A DNA stretch of 64,000 bases from Marsupella aquatica (lineage: Eukaryota; Plantae; Marchantiophyta). The stretch is taken from assembly GCA_973895155.1 (NCBI GenBank), contig OZ316894.1, positions 10,881,874-10,945,873 on the forward strand, in the 5' to 3' direction. Position numbers and translations under genes: made by a program. A model generated the notes under the pieces. That model did no database searches. It had not been told where the DNA came from and worked only from the letters and a program-made list of their open reading frames with translations. Position 1 is the first letter of the stretch; the number at the start of each line of letters is the position of its first letter. Shown here piece after piece: positions 37,772 to 49,703 of the stretch.

Positions 37772-40199
37772 GAAATTTTGTGGAAAGTGAACGGAACTGG
37801 AATCCTGGGAGCTTGTGTACAAAGAAATTCGCGGCTCTCAAGCTCAGTTTCTTGTTCATTTGGAGCGCTTTGGTTTCTCAGCAAGACAAGTGACCTCTTG
37901 ACAAGATTTGTTTATTGGTCATATGCATGGGGGCTGACTGTGAATGTCGGTCAGCACATTGACACAACAAATCTCAGAACGGTCAGGTTGTGCACAAACT
38001 GGAGAGAGGGGATGGCTTCTATGATTGATTTAGAGCACCCCCCATATTTTGCCCATGATTATTTAATCCATCCAGACAACTTTCTTTAATGTGATGTGTA
38101 ATAGGCCGACCGTATGCTTATATCTTTGGAGCTTTGATGTAGAATCGAAACCGTAGAAGGGAATGGTCACAAGAGTGCGGCTCTTTACCAAAGACTATCC
38201 CTGTCAATTATTTTAACAGTTTCATGGGACGGTTGGGCATTCTATTTCTGCCTAACAATGAGGCAGGCTTTTGACACTAATGTATTCCAGCTCAGCCAAC
38301 TCTGGAGGTTGAGTAAAAGTTAACTTACTCCAACTGCCCCTTCTGATGTCGACACAGTTTGACTGTAGTAGTCTGCGCCAAAATTCTTGTGAAAGGATCG
38401 ACAAAATTTCCATGCCTAACAGGTGGGTACGGTCTTCGTAATTCATTCCCAGTGGAGTCAAAGTTGTGTAGGGTTTGAACAAGCTGAAACAGTGGTCACA
38501 TTTCGCCCCGTGCGGAGATTGAAGTGTTCATTTGTAGCTTTCTATGTACAAGACAGAAAGAAAGTAGGAATTGTCTTTCGTTAGTGTTTCAATACTCTAG
38601 TGAGTTGGCCAGTTTTCTGGACAAGTTATTTTCACTATACAAGTTGTTTTCTGCAAGTGCTTAATGACAATTGCTGGGGAAATGTTAAGTTTTTCTTGGA
38701 ATGAAATCGGTAAACCGTCAGTAAATGTCCCTTATCTGAGAAGATTTTCGATATGTAGATCAAGGTATCAGTTTGTCGTCGACCATCAACTTCTATGGAT
38801 TAGGTGTACCATTCTATGAGTGGATCTTGGTCTTATTATTAGACGCGGTTCTAGCTCTGAGCTTGCGTCTAATTTCTTTCTTGATATTTATGTGCTGATG
38901 AATACATCTGATGATCTGTGTGCAGATGCATGGAAGACTTTTGAAGCGTTACCTGAAGACTGCGTAGCTTCACAATGTCTGCCATTCAAGCCTTTGGAAT
39001 TGCTAGATGTAGCAGCTGCCGAGTGCTGTTGGTGCAAGCATGACGGGGCAATGCAGCACAGAGCAGTTTAGGGTTCATGATGATGACATTTCCGCAATTG
39101 TAAAGAGGCTAAATCTGCAGACAACTACAGTTTAGGTCTGAGAGTAGACTTGATCTTTTTGCTTTGGGTACTGTACAGCACTCGAGAAGCTGCTGAAAGA
39201 TGAGTGATTCCACTGATGATTGTTCGTTGACAATAGGATTTCCCTGCAAGCTAACATAATCAAATCTCTCATTCCAGTACTCCACTTTTGGGTAGCACAG
39301 TTCTGGAGAAATCCCATGTTCTTGTATCTGATATCAAGGACCTTGCCTACACTCTGCATCTTTGTGAGTCCGTGTTTGATGGTATTGAAGGAATGGCTTT
39401 GACTATCTTTCCTAATCTGTTCCAATTCTACAGTTTAATTGGTAATGCGAATTGTTGTGCTCTGCCAAATACATATATGTGTCAATGTCAATTAATGCAC
39501 AGAAAATGAGATAGAGTTGCTCTTGATCTTCAAGCAAACTTTGGCACTTCCCACAACAGGCCATACCACTCTTCATGCAATTGCGTGAAAGCCTTTTACT
39601 CACCAAACGAAGAGGAACAGCATCACTTAAAGTCAGAGCCATACCAACTCGTCCAGGAATGTGGATAAATGTTACAGTAGGACAATGCAGGTTCCTTGTA
39701 GGTGCCTACGCCTGCATCAGCTTAGAGTTTGCATATATTTGTATTTCCTCGTTTCGTTAGGTTAATCTTGGCAAATTGTTTGAAGTCCTGTAACCATCGT
39801 ATGTTTCACCTTTAGACAAGCTCCCAGTCTTCCTCAAAGTGCATGAGCAATGCAAGGGCTCAAGGGCTCGTCAATCTTGAAAATTTCCAATAGTACCATG
39901 GCCATTCCCTGTCAGGTGAGATATGGTGTGGTATGGGAGGCACCAAAGTTTCACAAGAAGCTTCTTTGAACTCTGTGGTTCAATAGTAGTGTTTCAACCC
40001 TATTTTAGAGTTCCTGCAAGTGTCTTGATCGATTGTCCCTGTAGAAATGCTGAACGTCATAATTGAACTTCTCAATTGAACGATGGGAACATACCCATGA
40101 TGATTTGCATATTTATGATTTCACTGTCAAACACCTTTGACCGGAATCTAAATAACACTGGCTCAATAAGGCATCTCAAAGTACAGTTGTAACAAGTTA

Positions 40200-40655
40200 C
40201 AAGTTGGCCGTAAAGGACTGAGTTACAATAACGACCATAAAAGTTGTGGGAGGCCAAAATCGGCTTCAGTAAAAAAGTGCCACGGCCATTGACCAAAAGC
40301 TGTAACTTTAACTCTGAGCTGTAACACAAGTGTGAACATTGTGCAATTTTTTTGTCTTTTTGCCTACCCAACATTCCCAAATGACTGAATACGCACCATC
40401 ACAACATCAGAAATAGCATGCCAGTCAGTGTGTATTATTAGAATATTATCTTGACTGCTTGTCAAGGTAATAGGCTTGGACTCGTCCGACAGGGACAGGC
40501 CAAAAGCACTTACTCTGAGCGGGAGTACCCATAACTCCCCTGTATGGCATGGGTCAATACATATCCCCCCCGCAACCAATATGGCCCGTAAAGTCTGGAC
40601 ATAAGGTGTTTTATGGGCACAACTGGTGTCCTGTAACTTTTCCTTACGGCCCTAT
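40200..40655. mobile_element. Possible degenerate MITE
   Basis: Imperfect inverted ends: ggccgtaaaggactgagttaca (~40207) versus tgtaacttttccttacggcc (~40632). No TSD established. Confidence 0.3.
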
Positions 40656-41548
40656 TGAAAAGTTTATTGAATCCCCTTTCTTCTGAGATATGGGATGTTC
40701 AGTATGTGTGAGAAAATCTCATTGCAAGTTGCCAAGGGAACACTGGAGATTTTGCCTGATGGGTGTTTCACTGGCAGGACTCAATTTTTTGAGTTCTGTG
40801 ATAGCTCTCACCAAAAACCCGGGACAGTGACAAGTAGGAAGCTCATCTATGCCTGACGGGCCCAGTTTTGACACATCTAGTTCAACTCATAGAAAATTCC
40901 TGTTGTTTTCCTGTGAAGGGGAAACTTTATTGAAGTTAGTGCCGGGTTAGAGGATTGACACTCCCTATTAGAGTCAGAGGTGCACAGGAAGATTTTAGAG
41001 CACTAAACCTGGCCATTGAAGTCAACTCGCCCCCTTTTACCACAGAGGTTTACCACTCTACAGGCCTCAAGCCCTTCACCTGCCTCAGTAGATTCCATCT
41101 GTCTTGCCTCACTCGAAAATGTCTGAACTCCCTCGCCCCTTGCGGATCTTTCACGAACTAGAGTGAGTGCCTTTTTGTTGAACATAATTAGAGGCAAGAA
41201 CATTAATCAAGACACCCTACCCCTAGTCCCCTTTTCCCACCTGCATCCCCAACTTCATTTTTCTGTTGTATGCTTGTTAGGCTGTCTTGCTTTTAGTCAG
41301 ATCATGCACCAAACACAATAATGTTTAAGGCAAGTAGTGCATTATTTCTTCAACTATAACATCACCATCGACCAAAATGAATGGAAGGGAATCAGGAGCC
41401 GAGATCATGAAGGGAATGTTGGTAAGGGAATGTCGCCCTCCCGCAAGTGCTTGTCAAAAATCTGTAAGCATTTGGGCCAGTAGCCCACCTAGCAACAGCA
41501 CAACAGCCCTCAAGGAAGAGCCCCTCCATACCATAGGCCTCCAACCCA

Positions 41549-41793
41549 AGAATCATGATGAAAGTACTGCTTCCCAAACAAAGAGGATGCCTCCCGCCCC
41601 CCACCCCCAACAAAAAGAAACAAAAAAAGGTGGTGTTAAAGAACTTGATGCTTGGATGACTTAGCACATGAGAATCATGATGAAAAGTACTGCTTCCCAA
41701 ACAAAGAGGTCGCCTCCCGCCCCCCACCCCCAACAAAAAAAACAAAAAAAGGTGGTGTTAAAGAACTTGATGCTTGGATGGACTTAGCACATG
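41549..41793. repeat. Tandem duplication, ~121-bp unit x2
   Basis: agaatcatgatgaaa(a)gtactgcttcccaaacaaagagg...ggtggtgttaaagaacttgatgcttggatg...acttagcacatg occurs twice. Confidence 0.92.
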
Positions 41794-42360
41794 CACATCG
41801 AGTCCCCTACAGACTATACACTCTTCAAAGTAAAGGAATATCTTAGAAATGGTGTCACTGTCTAGTTTACTAACTACTGATGTAGTTACTCAAACACTTA
41901 TGGAATGGTGATGACTCCTGGACAGTACAAGGTAGCTTCTGACATCCTTTCAATGTTTTAGAATCAAAAATCTTCTGAACCCAAAACAGCATGTCAATGT
42001 GGGCATCACCAAACAGTGTTACGAACATGAGATTCGATGTGGGCCTAGTGTAGAAAGAGTGTACTTAGAATCAATGTTGAAGCTCCTTAATGTGAATCTT
42101 CCCCTGACTACAGCAATCAACAATGATCTTGCTGTGGAAATAGTATGCCCTCTTTCACAAGTGTACACGGTCTATGTGCTAAGCAAACTGAAGCAGGCTA
42201 TCAAAAACCATTTGGTTAAATCTCTCCCTCCTCTAGAGTACTTCAATGTGCATACTCTGGAATATCTCTCCCTCCCCTATAGTACTTTAATGTGTATAGT
42301 CTGGTCACAGATCTTGAGTGCAGGGCAGTACAAATGAAATTCTGAATGTGTAAGGGAATC

Positions 42361-42545
42361 GGTTGGAATGGACGGATTACCGACTGAACTGACAGAATAT
42401 CTCTAGGCAACCGGTTTCTGGAATGGACGGATTACGGACTGAACTGACCGAATATCTGTAGGCAACCGGTTGCTGGGGAGTGACGGATTACCGGCTGAAC
42501 TGAGAAAATATCTGTAGGCAACCGGCGTCTGGAGAGTGACAGGTC
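42361..42545. repeat. Tandem repeat, ~56-bp unit x3.3
   Basis: gacggattac(c/g)gactgaactga..gaatatct(c/g)taggcaaccgg is repeated. Confidence 0.9.
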
Positions 42546-42744
42546 CGCTACGAGCCAGAGCGTAATGTATTTTATCCAAGTCACGAAGCATGTTTTGCCA
42601 ACGTCCATCCAGAATGCAAAAATCTATAGGAGCATTTTGCTATATTTGAAGGTCCAGTAGCTCAGTAACCAATGTTAGAATCGACCAAGCGACTAAAGTA
42701 TTAACAGCTATCAGATTGGTGATAATTTGTTATTCTGTTGTGAG

Positions 42745-43215
42745 AACAACCGTAAACAATTTTACTGTTCTGATATTTAACGAAGTTGAAAGGAACCGTA
42801 TCGAAGATTTACAAAGTCCAGTTTTTAAGGTTTAGTCGACATTTAGTCTCGTAGTATTGAAAAGTATCATCCTTTAAATGGTTTAAAAGTCGATGCCCAC
42901 ACATGCATTGTAATATATTACTCGGCATTTGGTGAATCTGTTATTCAGTGTCACTATAACCGTCATTTTACTGCTCTGATATTGAACAAAGATGAAACTT
43001 ACAGCTCCGATAATGAACAAAGATGAAACGGGAAGAACCGTAACGAAGATCTACAAACAGCTCTGATATTGAACAAAGGGGAAGAACCGTAACGAAGATC
43101 TACAAAGTCAATTTTTTGAAGGTTTAGTCGAAATTAGCCAATCCTCGTATTATTAAAAAGTCTCATCCTTTAGATCGATGCCCACACATGCATTGTAATA
43201 TATTACTTGGCATTT
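42745..43215. repeat. Direct duplication (~170 bp) with nested short duplications
   Basis: tttactg.tctgatatt.aac...gaaccgta.cgaagat.tacaaagtc...aaggtttagtcga...gatgcccacacatgcattgtaatatattact.ggcattt occurs twice; gaagaaccgtaacgaagatctacaaa also occurs twice. Confidence 0.85.
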
Positions 43216-43855
43216 GTGGCCATTGAGGAGAACATCTGCGGTGAATAGTTTATCTACATCATAGGAGTAATATACAGTTGTCACTAGGAAATTAACCTAT
43301 TCTCTAAGGATGTCATGTCAGATTATCATGGTTGTCACTACACATCAAATGTCGTCTTTTCTAAGAGTGATCTCTCAAAACATATCATGGTAGACAAAAC
43401 TGGCAGGTCTTGACTGATCGCCAGAGCCACGTGCAGTTTGAAGCAGTGGTCTCACTAATTTACGCCTTACTGTTCAAACTATTTGGTAACTTCTTCACGT
43501 GGCTAGGAATGTATGTTCCTGCGTCTGTTCTTGCGTCTCATTGACTCTCGAGTCAATCGAGTGAAAACATATCTACAGTTCTACATTAAAAATCCTACTG
43601 TAACTTAATGTCCTCTTGCGACAGGTTTTGAACCACATATACATCTTCGTTGGCCAGGTTGGGCATATACATGGTTCGATCGTGTGTGAGTGAAATTCGA
43701 AACACCAGCCTGAAGGCCCCTCTTGTCTTTGCAGCGTGAACATACTCGTGTGAATACTGTATATCACGGTGTTGCCAATTGGTAACCTTCAATACATTTT
43801 TGCACGGTCGCTAACGACGTTAGTCAGGGAAAGCAGAGTCAGCGCTTTCGTCGAG

Positions 43856-44434
43856 CTAGTGAACCGCTTGATTGAGATTTGCAGCACGAGCCTCGTGCGC
43901 CCGTGCCCGTTTCGCAGCTGCACGGCTGTGGGCGGCAGAAACCCTCTGTACTCTCCTTTCTGCAGCGACACATCATTCCAACAGATGATACATCAGAAAA
44001 AATGATAAGAGACGTTTCCCCAGTACGATAATTCCATCCATGAGAATGAAACCCAGACAATTATCTGATGATAACAACTCCAAATGGAAGCGATGCAGAC
44101 AGTCACTATGTATTGAAAAAGCTTTACCAGCTGCCGCGGTCTTCTTGTTTAGCATCGCCTGCTTAGCAGCCTCGCGACGAAGCGGGTGAACCGGATGAGT
44201 TGCGGTATACAAGCCTAGCTTCATGGACGCGCCCCAGCGAGTCATCGTCTCCTGCAATTTGGCAGCGGCGACAGACCAGCGCTCACCGCTACTGGCACGC
44301 TACTCAGTCATCTTCATTCCAGGCGCGCTCATCTTATTTTTGACTAATGCGGCCGAACCCGAGGTTCTCTTCTTCCCTGACCGCTTCATTCCCGTGGTAC
44401 CTTTGGTAGCAGCATTTCCATTACCTCCTAACAT
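43856..44434 (-). CDS. Putative small basic Ala/Arg/Lys-rich two-exon gene (LEA-like composition), with an in-frame TAG at 44302-44300 (pseudogene or downstream start)
   Basis: ATG 44434 gives MLGGNGNAATKGTTGMKRSGKKRTS...MKMTE*RASSGERWSVAAAKLQETMTRWGASMKLGLYTATHPVHPLRREAAKQAMLNKKTAAA. A GT-AG intron at 44127-43960 then gives ERRVQRVSAAHSRAAAKRARAHEARAANLNQAVH* (TAG 43858-43856). The splice preserves frame and composition. Confidence 0.45.
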
Positions 44435-44934
44435 CCTTGATGGCTGCTCTAATTTCAGAATCCCCTCAGATGGTTGACGGCACGTAAATTACGGTCCACT
44501 GTCCAAGTGGCGACAAAGGAGCGACCGAAACTCCCTGCGAGAAAGCACTGCATTCCCACAATTGTAATCAGACAAACAGAGCTATGAAAACTGCGCTCCA
44601 CAATCGTAGTCAGAAACAGAAGAAGCAGGTTCTTATTAATCAATTCAGCCGTGCATTCGTGCTCCTCTGCAGCTATGAAAGCTACGTTCCACAACTGTAC
44701 TGTGGACAAAGAAAAGCAGAAATCCTCGACGCCTATAAATCGAGCGTACGTAAAACTTTGACCGAAGTCAGCAGGGCGTGCAATGAAATCCTACCGATTG
44801 ATAGAAGATCGATGATCGAAAGGATCTGTCTACTGCAGAGCACTCGAACGAAGTCTAAGCCTGCAGTGCCGAGGTCCTTCCAAATGCCGCAATTTGAGTG
44901 AGATGGTCACGTCGCAACAATCGATTGTCCAAAC

Positions 44935-45100
44935 CACCCGATGCTTCAAATGCGAATCGATCCAGCGAGCGCCACGACAGAGGCAGAAGTAGGAAAAAGA
45001 GAGACAGGAATCGATATCCGAACCACACTGATGCTTCAAATGCGAATCGATCGAGCGTCCGCCACGACAAGGGGAGAAGTGGGCGAAGGAGAGACAGGAT
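44935..45100. repeat. Tandem duplication, 90-bp unit x2
   Basis: atgcttcaaatgcgaatcgatc starts at 44941 and 45031; the gccacgaca...gagacagga tail is also shared. Confidence 0.88.
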
Positions 45101-45412
45101 GGAGCCAAAAGAGCGATGCAAGGGAACAGCCGAGAGACGTGGAGGATGAGTATCGTGGTCGCAGAGTAGTAAGCAGTGCAGGCGAAGAAGGAAGCTGAGA
45201 CTCCGTTATGCTTCGGTTTGCCAGCTGCCGAGCGCTTTCAAATGAGGCGCGGCATCAGCACAGTAGGTGCCACGTATTGGTTCACTTCGACTCTAGGCGT
45301 TGGCGCGCTTATCTGCGTGTCGAGACGAGAAGCAGCAACGAATTACCGACGTGGGCTCCAGGTGTTTCAGTGTCTACTTCTCATTGGCGGCCGCCCTCCG
45401 TGGCGACATCGT

Positions 45413-45635
45413 CCTCTATAACAGAACCCACTGGGGAGAACCGGGTCCGCCAGGGAACCTGGCCCCCACCATTCGGAGCGGGAGTGTCAAACCCCCACTC
45501 CCAAAACACTTCCATGGAACCAGAAATCCCTCTCTATAACAGAACGCGAGAACCCGGGTCCGCCAAGGAACCTGGCCCCCACCAGAGAGAGCGGGGGTGC
45601 CGGACCCCCACTCCCAAAACAACTTCCACGGAACT
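45413..45635. repeat. Tandem duplication, ~118-bp GC-rich unit x2
   Basis: ctctataacagaac...gggtccgcca.ggaacctggccccca...cccccactcccaaaac..cttcca.ggaac occurs twice. Confidence 0.88.
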
Positions 45636-45839
45636 AAGAACTCCTCAACAAATTCCCATGTCCGTCAAAATCTGCAGCCGGCACAGACGTATCTTCGGGG
45701 AGTTGGGGGGGGCTTGAAACTGTGACCGGACTCGCTGCACTTACAGGTGGGTTAGGGCACACGTTATTGACTTACCCTTCCAAAAACAAGATTAATAAAT
45801 GATATGATTTTGCACCCCATTTCCTAGCTGAGACCGGGT

Positions 45840-46012
45840 TCTGGTCAAGCTTTTGGACCGTAGTCTTCCCTTCAGCAGGAAGTTACTCCTTTCATCGAAA
45901 GCGGGCTATAACACCGATGCTGTTGTTCTGGCCAAGCTTTTGGAACCTAGTCTTCCCTTCGGCAGGAAGTTACTCCTTTCATCGAAAGCGGGCTATAACA
46001 CCGATGCTGTTG
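45840..46012. repeat. Tandem duplication, 87-bp unit x2
   Basis: tagtcttcccttc.gcaggaagttactcctttcatcgaaagcgggctataacaccgatgctgttg starts at 45861 and 45948. Confidence 0.92.
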
Positions 46013-46629
46013 ATACTTGGTACCGGATCTTTGCAAAGCATATGTTGGGGAGGATTCCCCATGTCTGGTATTTTTCAAGAAAGTGTTATTTCCACATGTC
46101 TCTGAAAAGATAAGGTATCCAGAACTCCAAAGTGACCACAGGCTGAAGTACATAGTGGAAGACCCAATTTGGGGGAGATATATATAAAGAGGTCAATAAC
46201 ATGATTACCGATCGATCAATGCTCTTAAAATACACTCACCACTTGACAATACTGCAGACTATTTTGATCACTGGCGACTACTTTTGTCAAGATCGAGGAA
46301 GGTTTTAACCCCTGCTGCACACAATGGACAGGAAGCTCAAACATTATTTACTGACGTGTGATACACGAACGGATCGACCAGGTTGTCAACAAGGCATATA
46401 TAATGGATCTTTGAGGCAGCTGTAACCTGTGATCAATTCATGTACGACGCTCCACATTGTCAACAAGCCTGCAGGAAACTGCAAGAGTTCTGGCCAATTA
46501 TGCAGCTGAAGCTTGGTTTTTGCAAGCTCTTTCTAATTGGCTCTGGTTGTACCTCACTTTGATGATAGAAGTTTGAGAACACGACAACCTTATATGTGTT
46601 ATTCTCTTATAGCACGTGAACTTAGAATC

Positions 46630-47246
46630 ACAAAAGTGGGTTGTATATACATTTGGTATCCAGATTGTTATCACAAAAGTGGGTTGTATATCTATTTGAT
46701 ATCCAAATTGTTAATATATAGAAATGTATATCAAATTGACAAGCTTTTTGGATATTGACCTTCAGTTGGCATTAGACGTATGTATCTTAAATATCCATGT
46801 GATTGTCTATCCAATATATTATATGAACATTATTGATTGGGTGTCATAGAAACAACTTTTTTTCCCAACGACCTCTTGGTTGCCACAACATCTTTTCTCT
46901 CCACGGCCTCTTGGCCACCACGACATCTTTTCTCTCCACGACTCTTGGCCGACACGACATCTTTTCTCTCCACGACCTTTTGGCCGCCACAACATCTTTT
47001 CTCTCAACGACATCTTGGCCGACACAACATCTTTTTTTCTCAACGACATCTTGGCCGACACGACTTCTTTTGTGCAATGCATGGGTATTGAGCAAGTTGT
47101 TAATATATAGAAATGTATATCAAATTGACAAGCTTTTTGGATACTGACCTTCATTTGGCATTAGACGTATGTATCTTAAATATCCATGTGATTGTCTATC
47201 CAATATATTATGTGAACATTATTGATTGGGTGTCATAGAAACAACA
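46630..47246. repeat. Composite repeat: ~150-bp direct repeats (46708-46856, 47097-47245) flanking a ~35-bp x6 minisatellite (46868-47070); related copy at ~48300-48390
   Basis: ttgttaatatatagaaatgtatatcaaattgacaagctttttggata...gtgtcatagaaacaac occurs twice. The unit acgacctcttggccgccacgacatcttttctctcc repeats between them. Confidence 0.9.
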
Positions 47247-47499
47247 TCCAACAGATGTAGAAATTTTCACTAATCTATTTTACATGAAATAAACATCGAA
47301 ATGACCAAAAATGATTTTGTGATGAGACCCATACAAAGGCACCTTGCAGCGATGCAGCGATTAAACCTTGAGAGAACAAATAATCTAAAAAAGGAACAAA
47401 TTGGAGTCATAAAGTGAAACTCATATTGCTGGTGATGCTGGTGAGTTACAAGGTGAATCAAGACTAGAACTAACATGGATGAGGGCATCATGGGTGTAA

Positions 47500-47842
47500 T
47501 GTTGAGCATAGACGACACTCATAACGGTAAGCACATGACACATCCAACGCGCAAGTAGTCGACACAAGAGATACATGGTTCACCTCCTCGAGGCTACGTC
47601 CACGGGAACACACAAGAGAGCTTTACTGAACTCTAAGCCCGTCGGCCATACCAAGTCTTTACAGTGTAAGCTCTCCTCATCTCTCAAGTGGCTCCATAAC
47701 AATGAGCCTAAGTTCCACTTATCCAAGCAAACACTGCTTGGCATATAGTGTGCATCCTAGTTAACCTAATCACGTCTCCGACTATGGTTAGCCTAACTAC
47801 AGTTACATGTCGTAACCCTAGACCTTGAGTAAATACCTAACA
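47500..47842 (-). mobile_element. Solo LTR (copia-like), 343 bp, with a 5-bp TSD
   Basis: Begins TGTT (47500) and ends AACA (47842), flanked by TGTAA at 47495-47499 and 47843-47847. The minus strand carries cccgtggacgtagcc...ggtgaaccatgtatctcttgtgtc, a motif typical of the U5 region of plant copia LTRs. Confidence 0.88.
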
Positions 47843-49191
47843 TGTAATAATGGATTTGACTAATCACAAGTTCATGCATGGAGGCAAGAGGAAGAGATGC
47901 ACTCAGGACTAAGTATGGCAAAGGGTATGGCGGTGATTGCACATAAAAAAACAGTAATTATGGTGTATTGTGCTACATAGCAAGTGCCCACAGGTTGAAT
48001 GTATTTGCATACCACAATAAACCCAATTGTTTTTTACATCATTGAGTGTTGTTTTTCCTATGTATTTGGTTGCTGCTTTTTTATGTGTAGTTACCACCAT
48101 CTCAAGACTACCTTAGGCAGCTTACTTTCTAGTCCATGTCTGAGGTGGCACAAATTCAGCAGGCTTCATTTGAGGCTTCATTTGAGAGAATGACTTAGGG
48201 TGGCTTTACAAGAAATCTGGCTCATTGCTTTCATAATTCCCTCTAAGATTAAATCTGGCCTGAACCGTATGATGAGTGGAAAACGGATGCAGTTCGTCAT
48301 GAAAGTGGGTTATATATACATTTGATATCCAAATTGTTTGTGTATAGAAAAGTATATCAAATCGACAATCCTTTTGGATATTGGCCTCCGTTTTGCAATT
48401 GATGTATACTAGCTGCAACACCCTTTCTTTGAACATAGTAGAGGAGACAACAATAAAATGTAACAAAATATATTCCCTATTCTCATTCTTTAAATATTAA
48501 TAAAAATAATTTAAAAATAATCATTCATGCCTGTATTCATGTCATACATAATATATCATCATGTCTATGCACATATTCTTTACATGCACATATTCTTAGG
48601 TGGGGCCTTAGAGTTACAATATGGAGTCTTTACTCTAAAAGTCTAGACCGTGACTCTAGCTTTTCATTTGTGCTTTATAAGTAAGATATCTTTAAAGAAA
48701 TATAATTGTACATCCAATTCTAGTTCAGCATTATTGATCGTGTGTCACAGAAAGTACTTTCTCTCCTACATTAAATAAACATCAAAATGACGGAAAACAA
48801 TTTGCACCCTATCGTAAATTGCACCCTATCCTAAATTTTAGTTGACCAATCCTTGCTGACCAGTAGTGGGCCCAAGAAATGCTCATGTGGACTGCTCAGT
48901 TTTTCTAGAAGTCTAGAGTATCATGAGAGGTGGTCCAAACATTTCCAAACTTTGGATCTGGTTCCTTTATTCGAGGGATTTGCATTTCGGGTACTTCATT
49001 TCAAAAGATATTCAAAAGGTTTTTGGTCCTGAGTCTATCTTTAGAACAAGAAGTGTCCCTCCCGTTTGTTTTACTAGAGAAAAGTTACTAGAGAAAAGTC
49101 AGAGGTGGCCCCACTTCTTGTAAAGTAAGATTTAATCTTACAGATTCTTGCTAGACTGGTGTATAAAATTCTCCGTAAAGTCGGCTGGTTC

Positions 49192-49523
49192 TTTTTTTTT
49201 TTGTCTTGAACGGAAATGGGGAGGAAATACAATTAGACTCCCCCCATCCCAATGTGACAGTTTTTCTGTAGGGAACCCAGACCAGGGTGAGCCCCAACGG
49301 ATCCGACAGGGACCCGCACCAGGAAGGAGAGAAGATTAAATCAGGGCCACAAAGTGGACGACCAGGGGCCGAGCAAATAATCAGAACTCCAATCCACTAC
49401 CCACAAAACCCATCCCACCCACACACAAATACCCTCCACACCCCAGTGTGTGGAGGGGGGATTGAACCTGGGACCTCTCAGTTCCAGGCAAATCCCCTAG
49501 CCAATTGACCACATAAGCAAGGC
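49192..49523 (-). mobile_element. tRNA-derived SINE, copy 1 (single 3' unit, poly-A tail)
   Basis: The minus strand has an A-box-like TGGTCAATTGG and a B-box GGTTCAATCC. The body is closely similar to 62531-62785 and ends ...gttcaagac followed by poly-A. Confidence 0.85.
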
Positions 49524-49703
49524 TACAGAATTCCATTCTTAAAATAGCATACAAACGGGCACCCAAAAGGACATCCAAGGTGGACCACAGGTCAACCCGT
49601 AACCAGAATTTTTACAAAAGAGGACACCCGAAGTGTACCACATGTCAACAAAAATTCAGGTGATCCATTTGCCATAATTCATTTATTTGAATCCATTGGG
49701 TCT

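Noticed and set aside
39075-39145. C/D-box snoRNA candidate (ATGATGA...CTGA)
   Set aside because: There is no clear terminal stem or recognisable rRNA antisense element, and such boxes occur by chance.
46819-47154. Repetitive-peptide ORFs in several frames
   Set aside because: They are artefacts of the ~35-bp minisatellite, whose period is not a consistent multiple of three.
49455-49523. tRNA gene (also at 62525-62590)
   Set aside because: A/B boxes are present, but there is no proper acceptor stem. The sequence continues into a shared body with a poly-A tail and TSD, so it is a SINE head.
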